A stretch of DNA of 63,776 bases, filler included, from Octopus bimaculoides (lineage: Eukaryota), in the NCBI RefSeq assembly GCF_001194135.2. It is 6 parts of 6 records of this genome, joined end to end, with 100 filler letters (N's around TTAATTAATTAA, not from the genome) between each part and the next. Parts side by side here need not be neighbours in the genome. Positions count along the whole stretch, not along the records: positions 1 to 18,393 come from NC_068991.1; positions 18,494 to 34,864 come from NC_068983.1; 4 more parts are not named here. One strand, given 5' to 3'. Numbering within the stretch: the stretch's first letter is position 1; the number at the start of each line of letters is the position of its first letter. The notes beneath the pieces are model-generated. The model made no database searches, was not told where the DNA came from, and saw only the letters and a list, made by a program, of their open reading frames with translations. This document shows, in pieces, positions 12,716 to 25,117 of this stretch. A program made the translations under genes and the position numbers.

Positions 12716-13003
12716 ACATTGTCAAGCAAGCAATATTATTCATTTCCTGTCTTCCATGAAAAATACCTGTCTGGCTATGGGAAATATTACCTTGCTTGGA
12801 AACCTTGCTTGAGGGTTAGTGACTGTAAAGGCATTCAGCTGTAGAGTATGCCTCAAAAAATTCTGTCTGATGCATGCAAGCATTGAAAAGTAGTTGTTAA
12901 ATGATGATGATGATGATGGTGAAGGCGATGATGATCATTTACTAATTTCTATACTCAAAAATAAATTTTCAATATTCTAAATTTTTCTTTTATTCCATTC
13001 CAG

Positions 13004-13142
13004 TTCCCTGAACATTGTTTCTATGGCTTGGCGGATAAAATCTTACTTTTTCGTCATGACAGCTCAAATCCAAATGTGCTTAGCCTCATTACGTCACCCT
13101 CCCTTCTTAAAGAGAACTGTTTGGTGGAAGTCGTACTATCAG
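13004..13142 (+). CDS. PRKD1: Internal coding exon of protein kinase D (N-terminal ubiquitin-like region)
   Basis: Pyrimidine tract and ccattccag acceptor; FPEHCFYGLADKILLFRHDSSNPNVLSLITSPSLLKENCLVEVVLS-(G); G|gtgagg donor; 139 nt, phase 0 to 1. Resembles vertebrate PKD FPECGFYGMYDKILLFRHD...GDLIEVVLSA (recalled). Invertebrates usually have one PKD, so paralog naming is nominal. Confidence 0.93.
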
Positions 13143-13512
13143 GTGAGGAAGATTGTTTTTTTTTATTTCTTTCTTTCTTTCTTTCTTATCTTCATCTATT
13201 TCATCTACTAATATAACTAACAATGCTCTCAAGGGTTTGTAGGAGAGGGTCCAGGAAGTGATTATGATACAGTTGTAACTGAATGAAGAAATGATGTTCA
13301 TTCATGTCTTGCAGGGGAACATTGATAATATGAATGAAGTGTGAAGGCAAAATGAAGTGAAACTATCTCATCTGGGATTTGACATAGCACAAAATATGTG
13401 TGACAAGAACCTTATCTTTAGCCTTCACCATGGTTTCCATAACTGTTATTGCTGAGACCCCCTTCGGTCATGACTGACCATGGGATTGCACCTAGAAAGT
13501 TACCTTCCAAGG

Positions 13513-13630
13513 CACAAGGCTTTGGTCGGCCTGAGGCTATTGTAGAAGACACTTGCCCAAGGTGCCACGCAGTGGGACTGAACCTGGAACCATGTGGTTG
13601 GTAAGCAAGCTACTTAGCCCACAGCCACTC
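13513..13630 (-). mobile_element. SINE S1 5' half
   Basis: cacaaggctttggtcggcctgagg...aagctacttagcccacagccactc. Confidence 0.75.
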
Positions 13631-13874
13631 ATATTAATAATAAAAGGGTAAACTAATTAATTAATTAATCAATTAATTAATAATTAATAATTTTACCAAG
13701 TAGATCGGTGCATTAAAATAACCTTTTTAGGTAAAATGATACAAATATTCTATAACTATAAACATGATTATAATTAAGGGTCAGCTAATTGCTTCACCAT
13801 GCACCAAATTTAGAAAAAAATTTAAAAAGCTCTATTCAAATGTGGCCGATGCCTGGTCACCTGACTGGCACTTG

Positions 13875-14065
13875 TGCTGGTGGACCCTAAAAGGTATCCA
13901 TTACAGTCTCTGAGTGGTTGGCTTTAGGAAGGGTATCCAGCTGTAGAAACCTTGCCAGATCGGATTGGAGCCTGGTACAGCATTCTGGCTTGCCAGTCTT
14001 CAGTCAAACCGTCCAACCCATGCCAGCATGGAAAGGAGACGTTAAATGAGGTTGATGATAATGAT
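13875..14065 (+). mobile_element. RTE 3' UTR fragment
   Basis: gagtggttggctttaggaagggtatccagctgtagaaac...gacgttaaatgaggttgatgataatgat tail. Confidence 0.7.
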
Positions 14066-14192
14066 ATATATATATATATATATGTATATATATGTATATA
14101 TATGTTTGTGTGTGTGATTGTGTATATATATGATATATATATATATAAAAATTTAAGGAATGGAGAAAACGCATGTTATAACTGCATACTTT

Positions 14193-14278
14193 ATTCCGAC
14201 ATATGTTTCGAAGAATTACAATTTATGCGATCCATAGGAATCGGCGATGTTAAAAATGTAAACTTCTCCTCAGGGAAT
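14193..14278 (-). ncRNA. Type I hammerhead ribozyme (left arm, minus strand)
   Basis: Mirror image of 14346-14431; stem II GAAG-T-TTACA pairs with TGTAA-TT-CTTC. Confidence 0.75.
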
Positions 14279-14345
14279 GCATGGGAATCATCCTAAACGT
14301 ATGACCGAGTATCATAATGTCTTACGTTTAGGATGATTCCCATGC

Positions 14346-14431
14346 ATTCCCTGAGGAGAAGTATACATTTTTAACATCGCCGATTCCTATGGATCGCATA
14401 AATTGTAATTCTTCGAAACATATGTCGGAAT
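14346..14431 (+). ncRNA. Type I hammerhead ribozyme (right arm); predicted cleavage after C14426
   Basis: Stem I ATTCC/GGAAT; core CTGAGGA 14351-14357; stem II GAAG...CTTC with long extension; GAAA 14415-14418; short stem III with palindrome ACATATGT; GUC triplet. Confidence 0.75.
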
Positions 14432-15337
14432 AAAGTATGCAGTTATAACATGCGTTTTCTCCATTCCTTAAATTTTTAAATATACTCAAATACCCAAAAT
14501 ATCAAGGAGTTTCTGCCTCACCAGCAGGAATTACACTACAGTTATTTTGTGATCTTTGCTACCTTGGTTTCTATTAACCCATTTATTCTATCAGAATTAT
14601 TATTTATTAGGATAGAATAAATACATATAATTATATNNNNNNNNNNNNNNNNNNNNNNNNNNNNNNNNNNNNNNNNNNNNNNNNNNNNNNNNNNNNNNNN
14701 NNNNNNNNNNNNNNNNNNNNNNNNNNNNNNNNNNNNNNNNNNNNNNNNNNNNNNNNNNNNNNNNNNNNNNNNNNNNNNNNNNNNNNNNNNNNNNNNNNNN
14801 NNNNNNNNNNNNNNNNNNNNNNNNNNNNNNNNNNNNNNNNNNNNNNNNNNNNNNNNNNNNNNNNNNNNNNNNNNNNNNNNNNNNNNNNNNNNNNNNNNNN
14901 NNNNNNNNNNNNNNNNNNNNNNNNNNNNNNNNNNNNNNNNNNNNNNNNNNNNNNNNNNNNNNNNNNNNNNNNNNNNNNNNNNNNNNNNNNNNNNNNNNNN
15001 NNNNNNNNNNNNNNNNNNNNNNNNNNNNNNNNNNNNNNNNNNNNNNNNNNNNNNNNNNNNNNNNNNNNNNNNNNNNNNNNNNNNNNNNNNNNNNNNNNNN
15101 NNNNNNNNNNNNNNNNNNNNNNNNNNNNNNNNNNNNNNNNNNNNNNNNNNNNNNNNNNNNNNNNNNNNNNNNNNNNNNNNNNNNNNNNNNNNNNNNNNNN
15201 NNNNNNNNNNNNNNNNNNNNNNNNNNNNNNNNNNNNNNNNNNNNNNNNNNNNNNNNNNTATATATATATATATATAGTGTGCCTTAGTTTGTGTATATGT
15301 TTCATAATATATAAATATGTGTATCTATTTGTATATT

Positions 15338-15393
<56 letters not shown>

Positions 15394-15868
15394 TATATGG
15401 ATACGTATGTGTGTGTGTCAGTGTATTTACATGTATGTTATCTAGAAAAGAGCAATGCTGCTTCTAGAATTTTCATAGTTTTAGATGTGATTACAAGTTA
15501 TTTCCAAACTGATGGTTCTGTAAGAAAGTTTACTGTTTGGTAGATGACATGCCTTAGAAATTCTCTGTAAACTCTTTGAAATGTGAACTAACACACTCTG
15601 TCTTGAAATGTGTTCTTTTTATATTTGTAGTCACTTTCGCTCTTTCATTAAGGCATAAAGGATACCTGTTACGTGTGCATAGGAGTGTATGTGTGTGTGG
15701 AGGGGGGAATGGGGAAGGTGGTGGATGCATTTGTTTATATATATATTTGTGTGTGTGTGTGTATGTACTTATGAATATATGTACATATATATACGTGTGT
15801 CTGTATACATATAAACATGCATGTAAATGTATCGGTGTGTGTATCTATGAGTGTATGCATACACATGC

Positions 15869-15922
<54 letters not shown>

Positions 15923-16097
15923 ATGTGTGTATGTATGAGTGCACATATATGTGTGTGTGTGTTTGTGTATGTATAGATATATGAATGTATATATATATAC
16001 ATTTATCATCATCATCATCATCGTTTAATGTCCGCTTTCCATGATATGTTTATATATATGTATATATATATATATAAATATATGTATATATATATGT

Positions 16098-16312
16098 ATA
16101 TATATATGTTTGTTTGTGTGTCTGTGTTTGTCCCCCCACCATCGCTTGACAACCGATGCTGGTGTGTTTACGTCCTCGTAACTTAGTGGTTCAGCAAAAA
16201 GAACCAATAGAATAAGTACTAGGCTTACAAAGAATAAGTCCTGGAGTCGATTTTTTTGACTAAAGGCGGTGCTCCAGCATGGCTGCAGTCAAATCATGAA
16301 ACAAGTAAAAGA

Positions 16313-16314
<2 letters not shown>
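16098..16314 (+). mobile_element. SINE S1 3' half
   Basis: gtttgtccccccaccatcgcttgacaaccgatg...ggcggtgctccagcatggctgcagtc...caagtaaaagagta. Confidence 0.8.
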
Positions 16315-16355
<41 letters not shown>

Positions 16356-16869
16356 TGTGAATGCATATATATGTATATATATAGGCACAAACACACACAT
16401 GCACGCACATTTATGCATGCCTGTTGGAAGTTGTTTATGGCTATGTGTATTGTGTATGTTGTGTACACAAACGCATTCATATACACATATACATACATAT
16501 GTTTGCAAATTAGGCTACTGTAGGCGCCAGCCTCCACATCCAGACACTCCACAGTGATTGTGAACACCACCTCCACCACTGCTGTCACCACAAGCACGAC
16601 CACCACCAATCACGTACATCTTGACTGCTGCAATGTTGGAAACTTTACAGTGAGTCACAAATGAAAGTTCTCCCAGCTGCAGCGAAATTCTATTTAGCAG
16701 GACTTTACAAAACATCATATTTTAGTTTACATCTTGTTATATAAGTATGCACATGTACATTTGTATTTATGTTTCTGTGTGTTTGTGTGTTTTTACTTAT
16801 GTTTTCATGCATGTATCTATATATATATATGCATGTGTGTGTATGTGTATGGCATGTACATGTGTGTTT

Positions 16870-17548
16870 GCGGGTGACACATGAAATCTTTCGAGCGGGA
16901 TCGTTGCCAGTGCCCCTGGGCTGGCTCATGTGCAGGCGACACATGAAATCTTTCGAGCGGGATCATTGCCAGTGCCCCTCGACTGGCTCATGTGCGGGCG
17001 ACACATGATATCTTTCGAGCGAGTTCGTTGCCAGTGCCCCTGGACTGGCTCTTGTGCGGGTGACACATGAAATGTTTCGAGCGGGATCGTTGCCAGTGCC
17101 CCTGGACTGGCTCATGTGCGGGCGACACATGANNNNNNNNNNNNNNNNNNNNNNNNNNNNNNNNNNNNNNNNNNNNNNNNNNNNNNNNNNNNNNNNNNNC
17201 ATGAAATCTTTCGAGCGAGATCGTTGCCGGTGCCCCTGGGCCGGCTTGTGGGTGACACATGAGGTTTTTCGAGCGAGGTCGTTGCCGGTGCCCCCGGGCT
17301 GGCTCTTGTGCAGGTGGCACATAAAAGACACCATTTCGAGCGTGGCCGTTTTCGTGCGGGTGACACGTAAAAGCACCCACTACACTCTCTGAGTGGTTGG
17401 CTTTAGGAAGGGCATCCAGCTGTAGAAACTCTGCCAAATTAGATTGGAGCCTGGTGTTGCCATCCGGTTTCACCATTCCTCAGTCAAATCGTCCAACCCA
17501 TGCTAGCATGGAAGGCGGACGTTAAACGATGATGATGATGATGATGAT
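16870..17548 (+). mobile_element. RTE 3' UTR preceded by a tandem array of 62-nt GC-rich units (gap inside)
   Basis: gacacatgaaatctttcgagcgggatcgttgccagtgcccctgg unit at 16876, 16938 and onward, then the conserved 3' UTR and (GAT)n tail. Confidence 0.8.
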
Positions 17549-17625
17549 GTTTGTGTGTGTATGTATATGTATTTATAGTGTATATAGTATATATGTGTAT
17601 AAATATGTCTATATGTATACATATG

Positions 17626-17664
<39 letters not shown>

Positions 17665-17723
17665 TATATTGTATATATGTGTTTATATGCATAAATATGT
17701 CTATATAGATGCATATGTACATA

Positions 17724-17776
<53 letters not shown>

Positions 17777-18239
17777 CACATAGACATATATTTGTATATG
17801 TATATCTCTCTATATATGTTTATATATTAATTGCTGTCCTTATCAGCAATTAATACCTACATGCTAGTTGGCATGAAGGTGTTAAATATGTAATTAGACT
17901 ATCCAGTTCTGTTACACTGCTAAACTTAGTAGGTTTCTATGGAATATAATGATCGTAGATTCTTGATGGGTAGGATATGGTGCTGATGAAAGAGCAATGA
18001 TTTTCAAATATGCATATACGCTAATTACCTATGTTTTCTATCTTCAATTGCATTGTTTACATAGATGTATTCATTTATGAAATGTCATAACTTGCAGTAC
18101 TAGCTCTGAATTTGTCTATCAAACATTTGGGATCAATGAAATAAGTATGAATTGAGCCCTGGGGTCGATGTAATCAATTAGTTCCCTCCCCCAAAATTTT
18201 GGGCCTTGTGCCTATAGTAGAATGGATTATTGATATTAA

Positions 18240-18309
<70 letters not shown>

Positions 18310-18393
18310 TAGTTTTATTTTTATAACGTGCTTTCATTTCACTACCGAGTGCAGCTCTGTGTGCCTTGGGTATGTGCTGTGGTTTGCTGTGAT

Positions 18394-18493
18394 NNNNNNN
18401 NNNNNNNNNNNNNNNNNNNNNNNNNNNNNNNNNNNNNTTAATTAATTAANNNNNNNNNNNNNNNNNNNNNNNNNNNNNNNNNNNNNNNNNNNN
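18394..18493. other. Artificial assembly join N44-TTAATTAATTAA-N44
   Basis: Exactly 100 nt; the 12-mer has stops in all six frames; identical at five sites. Confidence 0.95.
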
Positions 18494-19291
18494 ATTACAT
18501 CTTTCTGATGATATCTAAAACAAACAGCAATTTTAGCAAAACATATTAAGCAACACTAATAATAAATCAAGAAACATGAAAATAAACAAGCTTTTGAAGG
18601 TTTTATAGATATTTCAAAATTATGATGCTATGATGCTAGGTGTTTCCATTATTTTGTCCAACCCCTGTTCATACATACGTACATGTATATAAATAAATAT
18701 ATGTATATATATATATATATTACGGAGAGGTACTTACATAGCAAATGACCAAATGACCTGATCTGAGATCGTGTGCTGAAACAAAAACAATTGCAGCGTG
18801 GAAGGTATTTGTAAGCCATTTAAAAACACACAAAAACCGTTAGATACACTTCAACATTTAAATTTAATTTTCCAAAATACTTTCCTCGCTTTTAGACCGC
18901 GACCTGTTCGCTGACAAAATTCCGTGCTGCATCTCTTATACATACATACATACATACATACATACATGCATGCATACATACATACATACATACATGCATA
19001 CATGCATACATACATACATACATNNNNNNNNNNCATACATGCATACATGCATACATACATACATACATACGTACATACATACATACATACATTGAAGTGA
19101 CGAGTGCATGTAGTATATATATATGTTTATAATGTATGCATTTTTTATGTATGTACTATTTTATCCTTTTACTTGTTTCAGTTTATATACGCTGTTTATA
19201 TGCACACATATATATATGTACATATGTAGAGACACACACACGCGTACATATGAAAAGTGTATATATATGTACATAAAAAACACACTTTACA

Positions 19292-19324
<33 letters not shown>

Positions 19325-20392
19325 NNNNNNNNNNNNNNNNNNNNNNNNNNNNNNNNNNNNNNNNNNNNNNNNNNNNNNNNNNNNNNNNNNNNNNNNNNNN
19401 NNNNNNNNNNNNNNNNNNNNNNNNNNNNNNNNNNNNNNNNNNNNNNNNNNNNNNNNNNNNNNNNNNNNNNNNNNNNNNNNNNNNNNNNNNNNNNNNNNNN
19501 NNNNNNNNNNNNNNNNNNNNNNNNNNNNNNNNNNNNNNNNNNNNNNNNNNNNNNNNNNNNNNNNNNNNNNNNNNNNNNNNNNNNNNNNNNNNNNNNNNNN
19601 NNNNNNNNNNNNNNNNNNNNNNNNNNNNNNNNNNNNNNNNNNNNNNNNNNNNNNNNNNNNNNNNNNNNNNNNNNNNNNNNNNNNNNNNNNNNNNNNNNNN
19701 NNNNNNNNNNNNNNNNNNNNNNNNNNNNNNNNNNNNNNNNNNNNNNNNNNNNNNNNNNNNNNNNNNNNNNNNNNNNNNNNNNNNNNNNNNNNNNNNNNNN
19801 NNNNNNNNNNNNNNNNNNNNNNNNNNNNNNNNNNNNNNNNNNNNNNNNNNNNNNNNNNNNNNNNNNNNNNNNNNNNNNNNNNNNNNNNNNNNNNNNNNNN
19901 NNNNNNNNNNNNNNNNNNNNNNNNNNNNNNNNNNNNNNNNNATGTATGTATGTATGTATATATATATATATATGTACATATATATAATACTACATGCATG
20001 TATGTCTATATACATGCCTACATACATACATACATACACACACACCCACACATACATACATACATACATACATACATACATACATACATACATACATACA
20101 CACACACCCACACATACATACATACATACATACATACATACATACATACATACATACATACATGCATACACTTTCAGTTACTGAATGCGCAATTCTTATA
20201 TTTATTAAACTTTGTTACTTTTGCAATGTTTTTTTGCTCTTCAATGTTGTCAGTTTTATCATTGATGTAACAAATTATACAACCTAACTTTTCTCTATCC
20301 CCTACATATGCATACCCATATATAATGACTCCGATATTAGTTTGGAATATTCTTAGGATATCAATGTTCTTTATTATTATATTTTAACCCGA

Positions 20393-21058
20393 ATCGTTGG
20401 AGCATCGGTAGAAAAACTTTGCGCTATTTGTTCTGGCTCATTACATTCCATGTTTGAATCCTACAGTGGTCAAGTTTTACTTTGAGGGTGGCGTAAACTG
20501 AAATACCAGTTCAATACTGGTGTCGATGCAATTGGTCTATCTACTCTCCTCGAGACTGTTGGCCTTGTGCCTGAATTGGAAACAATTAAAGGCAGTCAGA
20601 TGCCAGAATTTTTAGAACCTCTCAAGAAATACATTGCTCTATTTCTTTCACCTCTTTACGTTCTTTGTTCAAATCAAACCGAAGCCGACTTCATCTTTCA
20701 CCCCTTTGAGGTTGTTGAAATAAGATACCAGTAAAATATTAGGGTCGATGGCATCGAATAACGCATTCCACTCAAAATTTCTGGCTTTGTGCTCAAATTA
20801 GAAAGCATTATCCGAGACAGAGCACCTTTTATAATTATAGATCGTTAGAGCATCGGGAAAAAATGTAATGCTTATTTTTGTTTCGGTACTTTACACTCTG
20901 AGTTCAAGTCGCACTGGTTTCAACTTTGCCTTTCAATCTTTCTGGTTCGATAAAATAGAATACCAGCCAAGTAATGGATCAATGTCGTTTACTGATCTCA
21001 TAACTTCTAAATTACTGGCCATATGCCAAAATTAGAAGCAATTATTATTAGCAGTGTT
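20393..21058 (+). mobile_element. Three tandem degenerate S2 SINE copies
   Basis: Repeated ggtcgat...gccttgtgc...aattaga modules at about 20393, 20595 and 20835. Confidence 0.6.
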
Positions 21059-21089
21059 TCAGGGGAACATCATCTGTTCGTGATACACT

Positions 21090-21500
21090 CTACTGACATG
21101 GAAGCGCCGGCAGTGAACCTGATTGAGATGCGTGTATATGAAGTGTGTTCGAAACTGTCCTGCAGTGTCCGTGCATCGGCGACTTGTGAGTTTGTATGGA
21201 GAGTAGGACGAATCTGATTGTCTGCCGAGTCTTTAGAGAATATGGACGCGTTGCTTCCCTTTAGCAGAGAAGTAAGGTAAATCTTCCCTTGCATGGTGAC
21301 TGTGACGAAAAAGATAGTGTGGTGGATTCGTCCGAAAGGTTTAAAGACAGACATTATCCTACTCTACTAAGATCTCATCAACTTCTTCCAGTACCATTTG
21401 ATGAACAAAGTGCACATAGAAAGGAAGGTACTGATTCTAGAGTGTCTATCGAAAAGTGGATGAGGAAAAGGGTTAGTGTGCACAGCCCTAGGCTGGACAT
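21090..21500 (+). mobile_element. Possible highly degenerate Tc1-like transposase remnant
   Basis: Scattered frames give LIVCRVFREYGR and FVRKV*RQTLS; many stops; weak similarity only. Confidence 0.25.
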
Positions 21501-21742
21501 CTTTTTCTTAGTAAAAAAAAAAAAAAAAAAAAAAACTTGTAAACAGCACTTTTGATACTTTGAAACTGGTAGAATAACTTGACCCTTTTTGTGTGAGGCT
21601 ATCCCTAAATTTCCCCGGGTGGGCTGCTGCGTTATTGAGGAAACTTTTTCCTCATGGATTTACTTTTAATTCTATTTATATATCTTTTATTAGGAGAAAA
21701 TGAAATGACAAAAGTATAAACGATTATCTTATGAACTTCATT

Positions 21743-21823
21743 AGCTTACAGCTGTTTCTGCTATGAGATGCAGTGGACTCATAGTTGAGTGCCTGAATAA
21801 CACCTTATAGCTTCTTCGGAGCC
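21743..21823 (-). ncRNA. Degenerate hammerhead-like motif of a dispersed repeat
   Basis: Minus strand: GGCT-CCGAAGA-A-GCTAT...ATAGC-A-GAAAC-AGCT-GTA-AGCT; U4 replaced by C. Confidence 0.4.
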
Positions 21824-22377
21824 TCGAATATGAAGTGCAATTTATTAGAGAAAAATTTATATTTGCGCACATAGAGAGAAAGACATTATCAATTGTTGTT
21901 GATTTCCTTTCGGTCAATTTGAAGCCTATATTTTGTGTGTTGTATTTAGTCCTTTTATATTATCTTTAATGCCCAAGATCCTTGTGGCCAATATAAAAAC
22001 CTCGTCTTATTATATTCTTTCAGTTTCGTGGACATTGTGAAGTGGTTACAATAACCATTTAGAACTTTGGGAGTTTGATTAAATTTATTGACTGTGTTAA
22101 GAAGTGTAGTGAGACGTTTAGAAATTCACCCATCGTCTAAAAGGGTAGAAATATCTTTGTGGTGGTTATTATGAAATGTGGTGGTGCTAGTGTTGTTATA
22201 ATGGTGGTGGGAGAAAAGGTAGTGGTAGTGCTAGTGGTGCTAGTGGCATTCTTCGTAGTGGATGCACTCGTGTTGGTGTTGTGCTGATGATGGTATGAGA
22301 AAAGTATCGGTAGATGTATGAGATGTTCGTAGTGATGGTGATGGTGATGGTGATGTTGGTGAAGGTGGCAGTGGAGG

Positions 22378-22469
<92 letters not shown>

Positions 22470-23017
22470 AGACAGACAGATAGACAGACAGAGACAGAGA
22501 CAGACAGGCAGATAGAGACAGACATAAAAATATAAAGATAGATCGATATAAAATGGAATTTGTGACAGTGTTGGTTATAGTTGCAGTGTTGTAGTGTTCG
22601 TAAATACCATAGGTGGTGGTAGTAGTAGTGCTTTGTTAACAGTATTACTAGTAGTTGTAATTATTTACTTTCTGTAGCCCCACTTCAGCCCTGATAGAGC
22701 AGACCTTTAAGAAAAGCTATCTTAGCCGTGTCCATCTCAACTTTTTCCTATGTAAATGGAACTTCGGATCACAGGACACAATGTGTCCTTTTGTAAGACG
22801 GCAGTGTGTCATTTGAAGGAGATAAGATTTGGTTGCTATTTCTAGTAGGTCGAACGACCACGAAAACGCTCGCCTTTCGGCTAATGGTTGTGATGGTGGT
22901 TATTGAGATAAAATTGATAATGGAAGTGGTGGGGTGGTTGATGGTGGTCGCTAGGATGCTAATGGTAATAGTAGTAGCAGTGGTAGTATTGTTGGTGATA
23001 TTAGTGGTGGCTGATAA

Positions 23018-23228
23018 GGCTGAGCTAGCAGAATCGTTAGCACGCCGGGAAAAATGCTTATCGGCATTTCGCCCGCCTTTAGGTTCTGAGTTCCATTTCA
23101 CCAGAGTCAACTTTGCCCTTCACACTTCGGCTTCGATGAAATCAGTACCAGTTGAGCACTGGAATCGATTTAATCGAGATAATACCTGCCCCAAATTTGC
23201 TGGCCTTGTGCCAAATTTTGTAACCGAT
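23018..23228 (-). mobile_element. SINE S2
   Basis: Composite; S2 head motifs (gctagcagaatcgttagcacgccggg) read on + while part of the body is rearranged, so orientation is uncertain. Confidence 0.5.
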
Positions 23229-23479
23229 ATTGGTGGTGGCAATTATTGTGATGGTGGTGATGGTATTATTGTTAGTAATAGTAAAAGAAGTTGTATGGAC
23301 GGCAGTGCTTGCGGTAATAAAGAGAAGTGGTTGATGGCAAAAAGTGATTTTCTTTCCTTTGTGTGTTTTTCTTTGGTTTTTGCAGGTAGTCGATAATATG
23401 AAGTTGAAGGAATATAAAAACTTTTGCATTTAGAAGAAAGAAAACAAACAAAAAAACTAAGGAGGAGAAAGATGTGGAA

Positions 23480-23549
23480 GAGAAGAAGAGAACAAAGAAA
23501 AAAACTTAGAGAGAGGAAGAGAGTGATAGGGAGAGAGAGAAAGAGAGAC

Positions 23550-23581
<32 letters not shown>

Positions 23582-23709
23582 GAAGACTAGCAGACAAACA
23601 GAGAAAGAGAGCGATAGAGAAAGAAAGAAAGTGACAGTATGCTTGTAAGAAGTGGTGTGTATGGAGGGAGTATACATAGGAGAGCGAATGAGTTATTTGA
23701 GAGATAAAT

Positions 23710-23770
<61 letters not shown>

Positions 23771-24157
23771 CAGACAGACAGACAGACAGACAGATGGATA
23801 TTCTGAATTTGCAAGGAGACAGAGCGTGTGAGTGTTTAGGAGAAAGAATTATTTTAATTCCTAAAGACAGATATTAGTGTGTGTAGCCTCTATGTGTGTA
23901 TGTAAGTACAAAGACTCATACAGAGGGGTAGAGGGGAGATAAATAGATAGATTAACAGGGAGACAGGTAGTTAGATAGTAAGAGACACAGGTAGAACAGA
24001 CAGTGTGACAGGTAGATAGACAGAGAGACAGGTAGATAGACAGAGAGACAGGTAGACAGATAGACAGAGAGACAGGTAGACAGAGAGACAGGTAGACAGA
24101 TAGACAGAGAGACAGGTAGATAGACAGAGACAGGTAGGTAGATGGACAGAGACAGGC

Positions 24158-24210
<53 letters not shown>

Positions 24211-24219
24211 GTAGGTAGG

Positions 24220-24259
<40 letters not shown>

Positions 24260-24756
24260 GAGAGAGATAGATAGATAGATAGGTAGGTAGGTAGGTAGAT
24301 AGATAGGTGGAGTCTACTCTCGATTTATATAAAGCAAGAAAGAAAGAAAGAACGAAAGAAAGAGAGAAAGGAAAAGAAACAGAAAAGAAGTTGGAGTTAA
24401 ATCAGATGATGGAAAGAGAAAATTATGTAGGTGGAGTCTAGAGAGAAAAAAAAAGGAAGCGAAAGAGCAAGAAAGAGAGAGAGAGAGAATAAGGCAGTGA
24501 GGTAGACGGATAGAGAGGGCGGAAGAGAAAGAGAGGGTGGGAAAGAAAGAGAGAGAGTGACGATTATCTATTTCGTGGAGGAGGAGTTGATTCCTGAAGA
24601 GATTTTGTGAGAGCGTGAATAAGAAAACAGAATGAATCTCATCATAGAGAGAGGGGGAGAGAGAGACGAAGAGCGGGGAGAGAAAGAAAAAGAGGGAGAG
24701 GAAAGTAGAGGAAGAGAGAAAGACTATGGATGGGCGGGAAATACAAGAAAATGAAT

Positions 24757-24789
<33 letters not shown>

Positions 24790-24870
24790 GAATTAATAAA
24801 TCTCCAGATGAGAAAATAAGAAGTATAACGAAGGATGAGGTACAGAAGAAGGCATTGTGTGTGTGTGTGT

Positions 24871-24930
<60 letters not shown>

Positions 24931-25060
24931 ATGTGTGTGTGCGCGTGCGTGTTTGTGTCTCTGTATGATGTTGGTGTAGTGAGAGATAGTGTGTTAAATT
25001 AGAAAGCCAAACTCCTACAGTGACGTTAGCAATGGACGTGAAATAGTAAAACTAATTAAC

Positions 25061-25117
<57 letters not shown>

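Larger units (their letters stand above)
14146..14478. mobile_element. Palindrome with 160-nt arms and 13-nt spacer, probably an inverted PLE pseudo-LTR pair
   Basis: 14146-14305 is the reverse complement of 14319-14478 with 2 mismatches by eye; each arm has a hammerhead followed by AATAAA. Confidence 0.85.

Noticed and set aside
13315-13325. Acceptor ttcatgtcttgcag as the next PRKD exon
   Set aside because: In phase 1 it reads G-E-H-stop; no similarity to the expected QIRPH/C1 exon; a poison exon is possible but unsupported
16524-16649. 126-nt Thr-rich candidate exon with gtgagt donor
   Set aside because: Poor pyrimidine tract, decayed (ACC)n composition, and a stop in the frame compatible with PRKD
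16872-17365. 62-nt tandem units as a CRISPR array
   Set aside because: No unique spacers, eukaryotic context, no cas genes; contiguous with an RTE 3' UTR
21070-21354. Minus-strand ORF containing SADNQIRP, resembling QIRP motifs of PKD and CARNMT1
   Set aside because: Wrong strand for both genes; match limited to a few residues; the region is better explained as transposon decay
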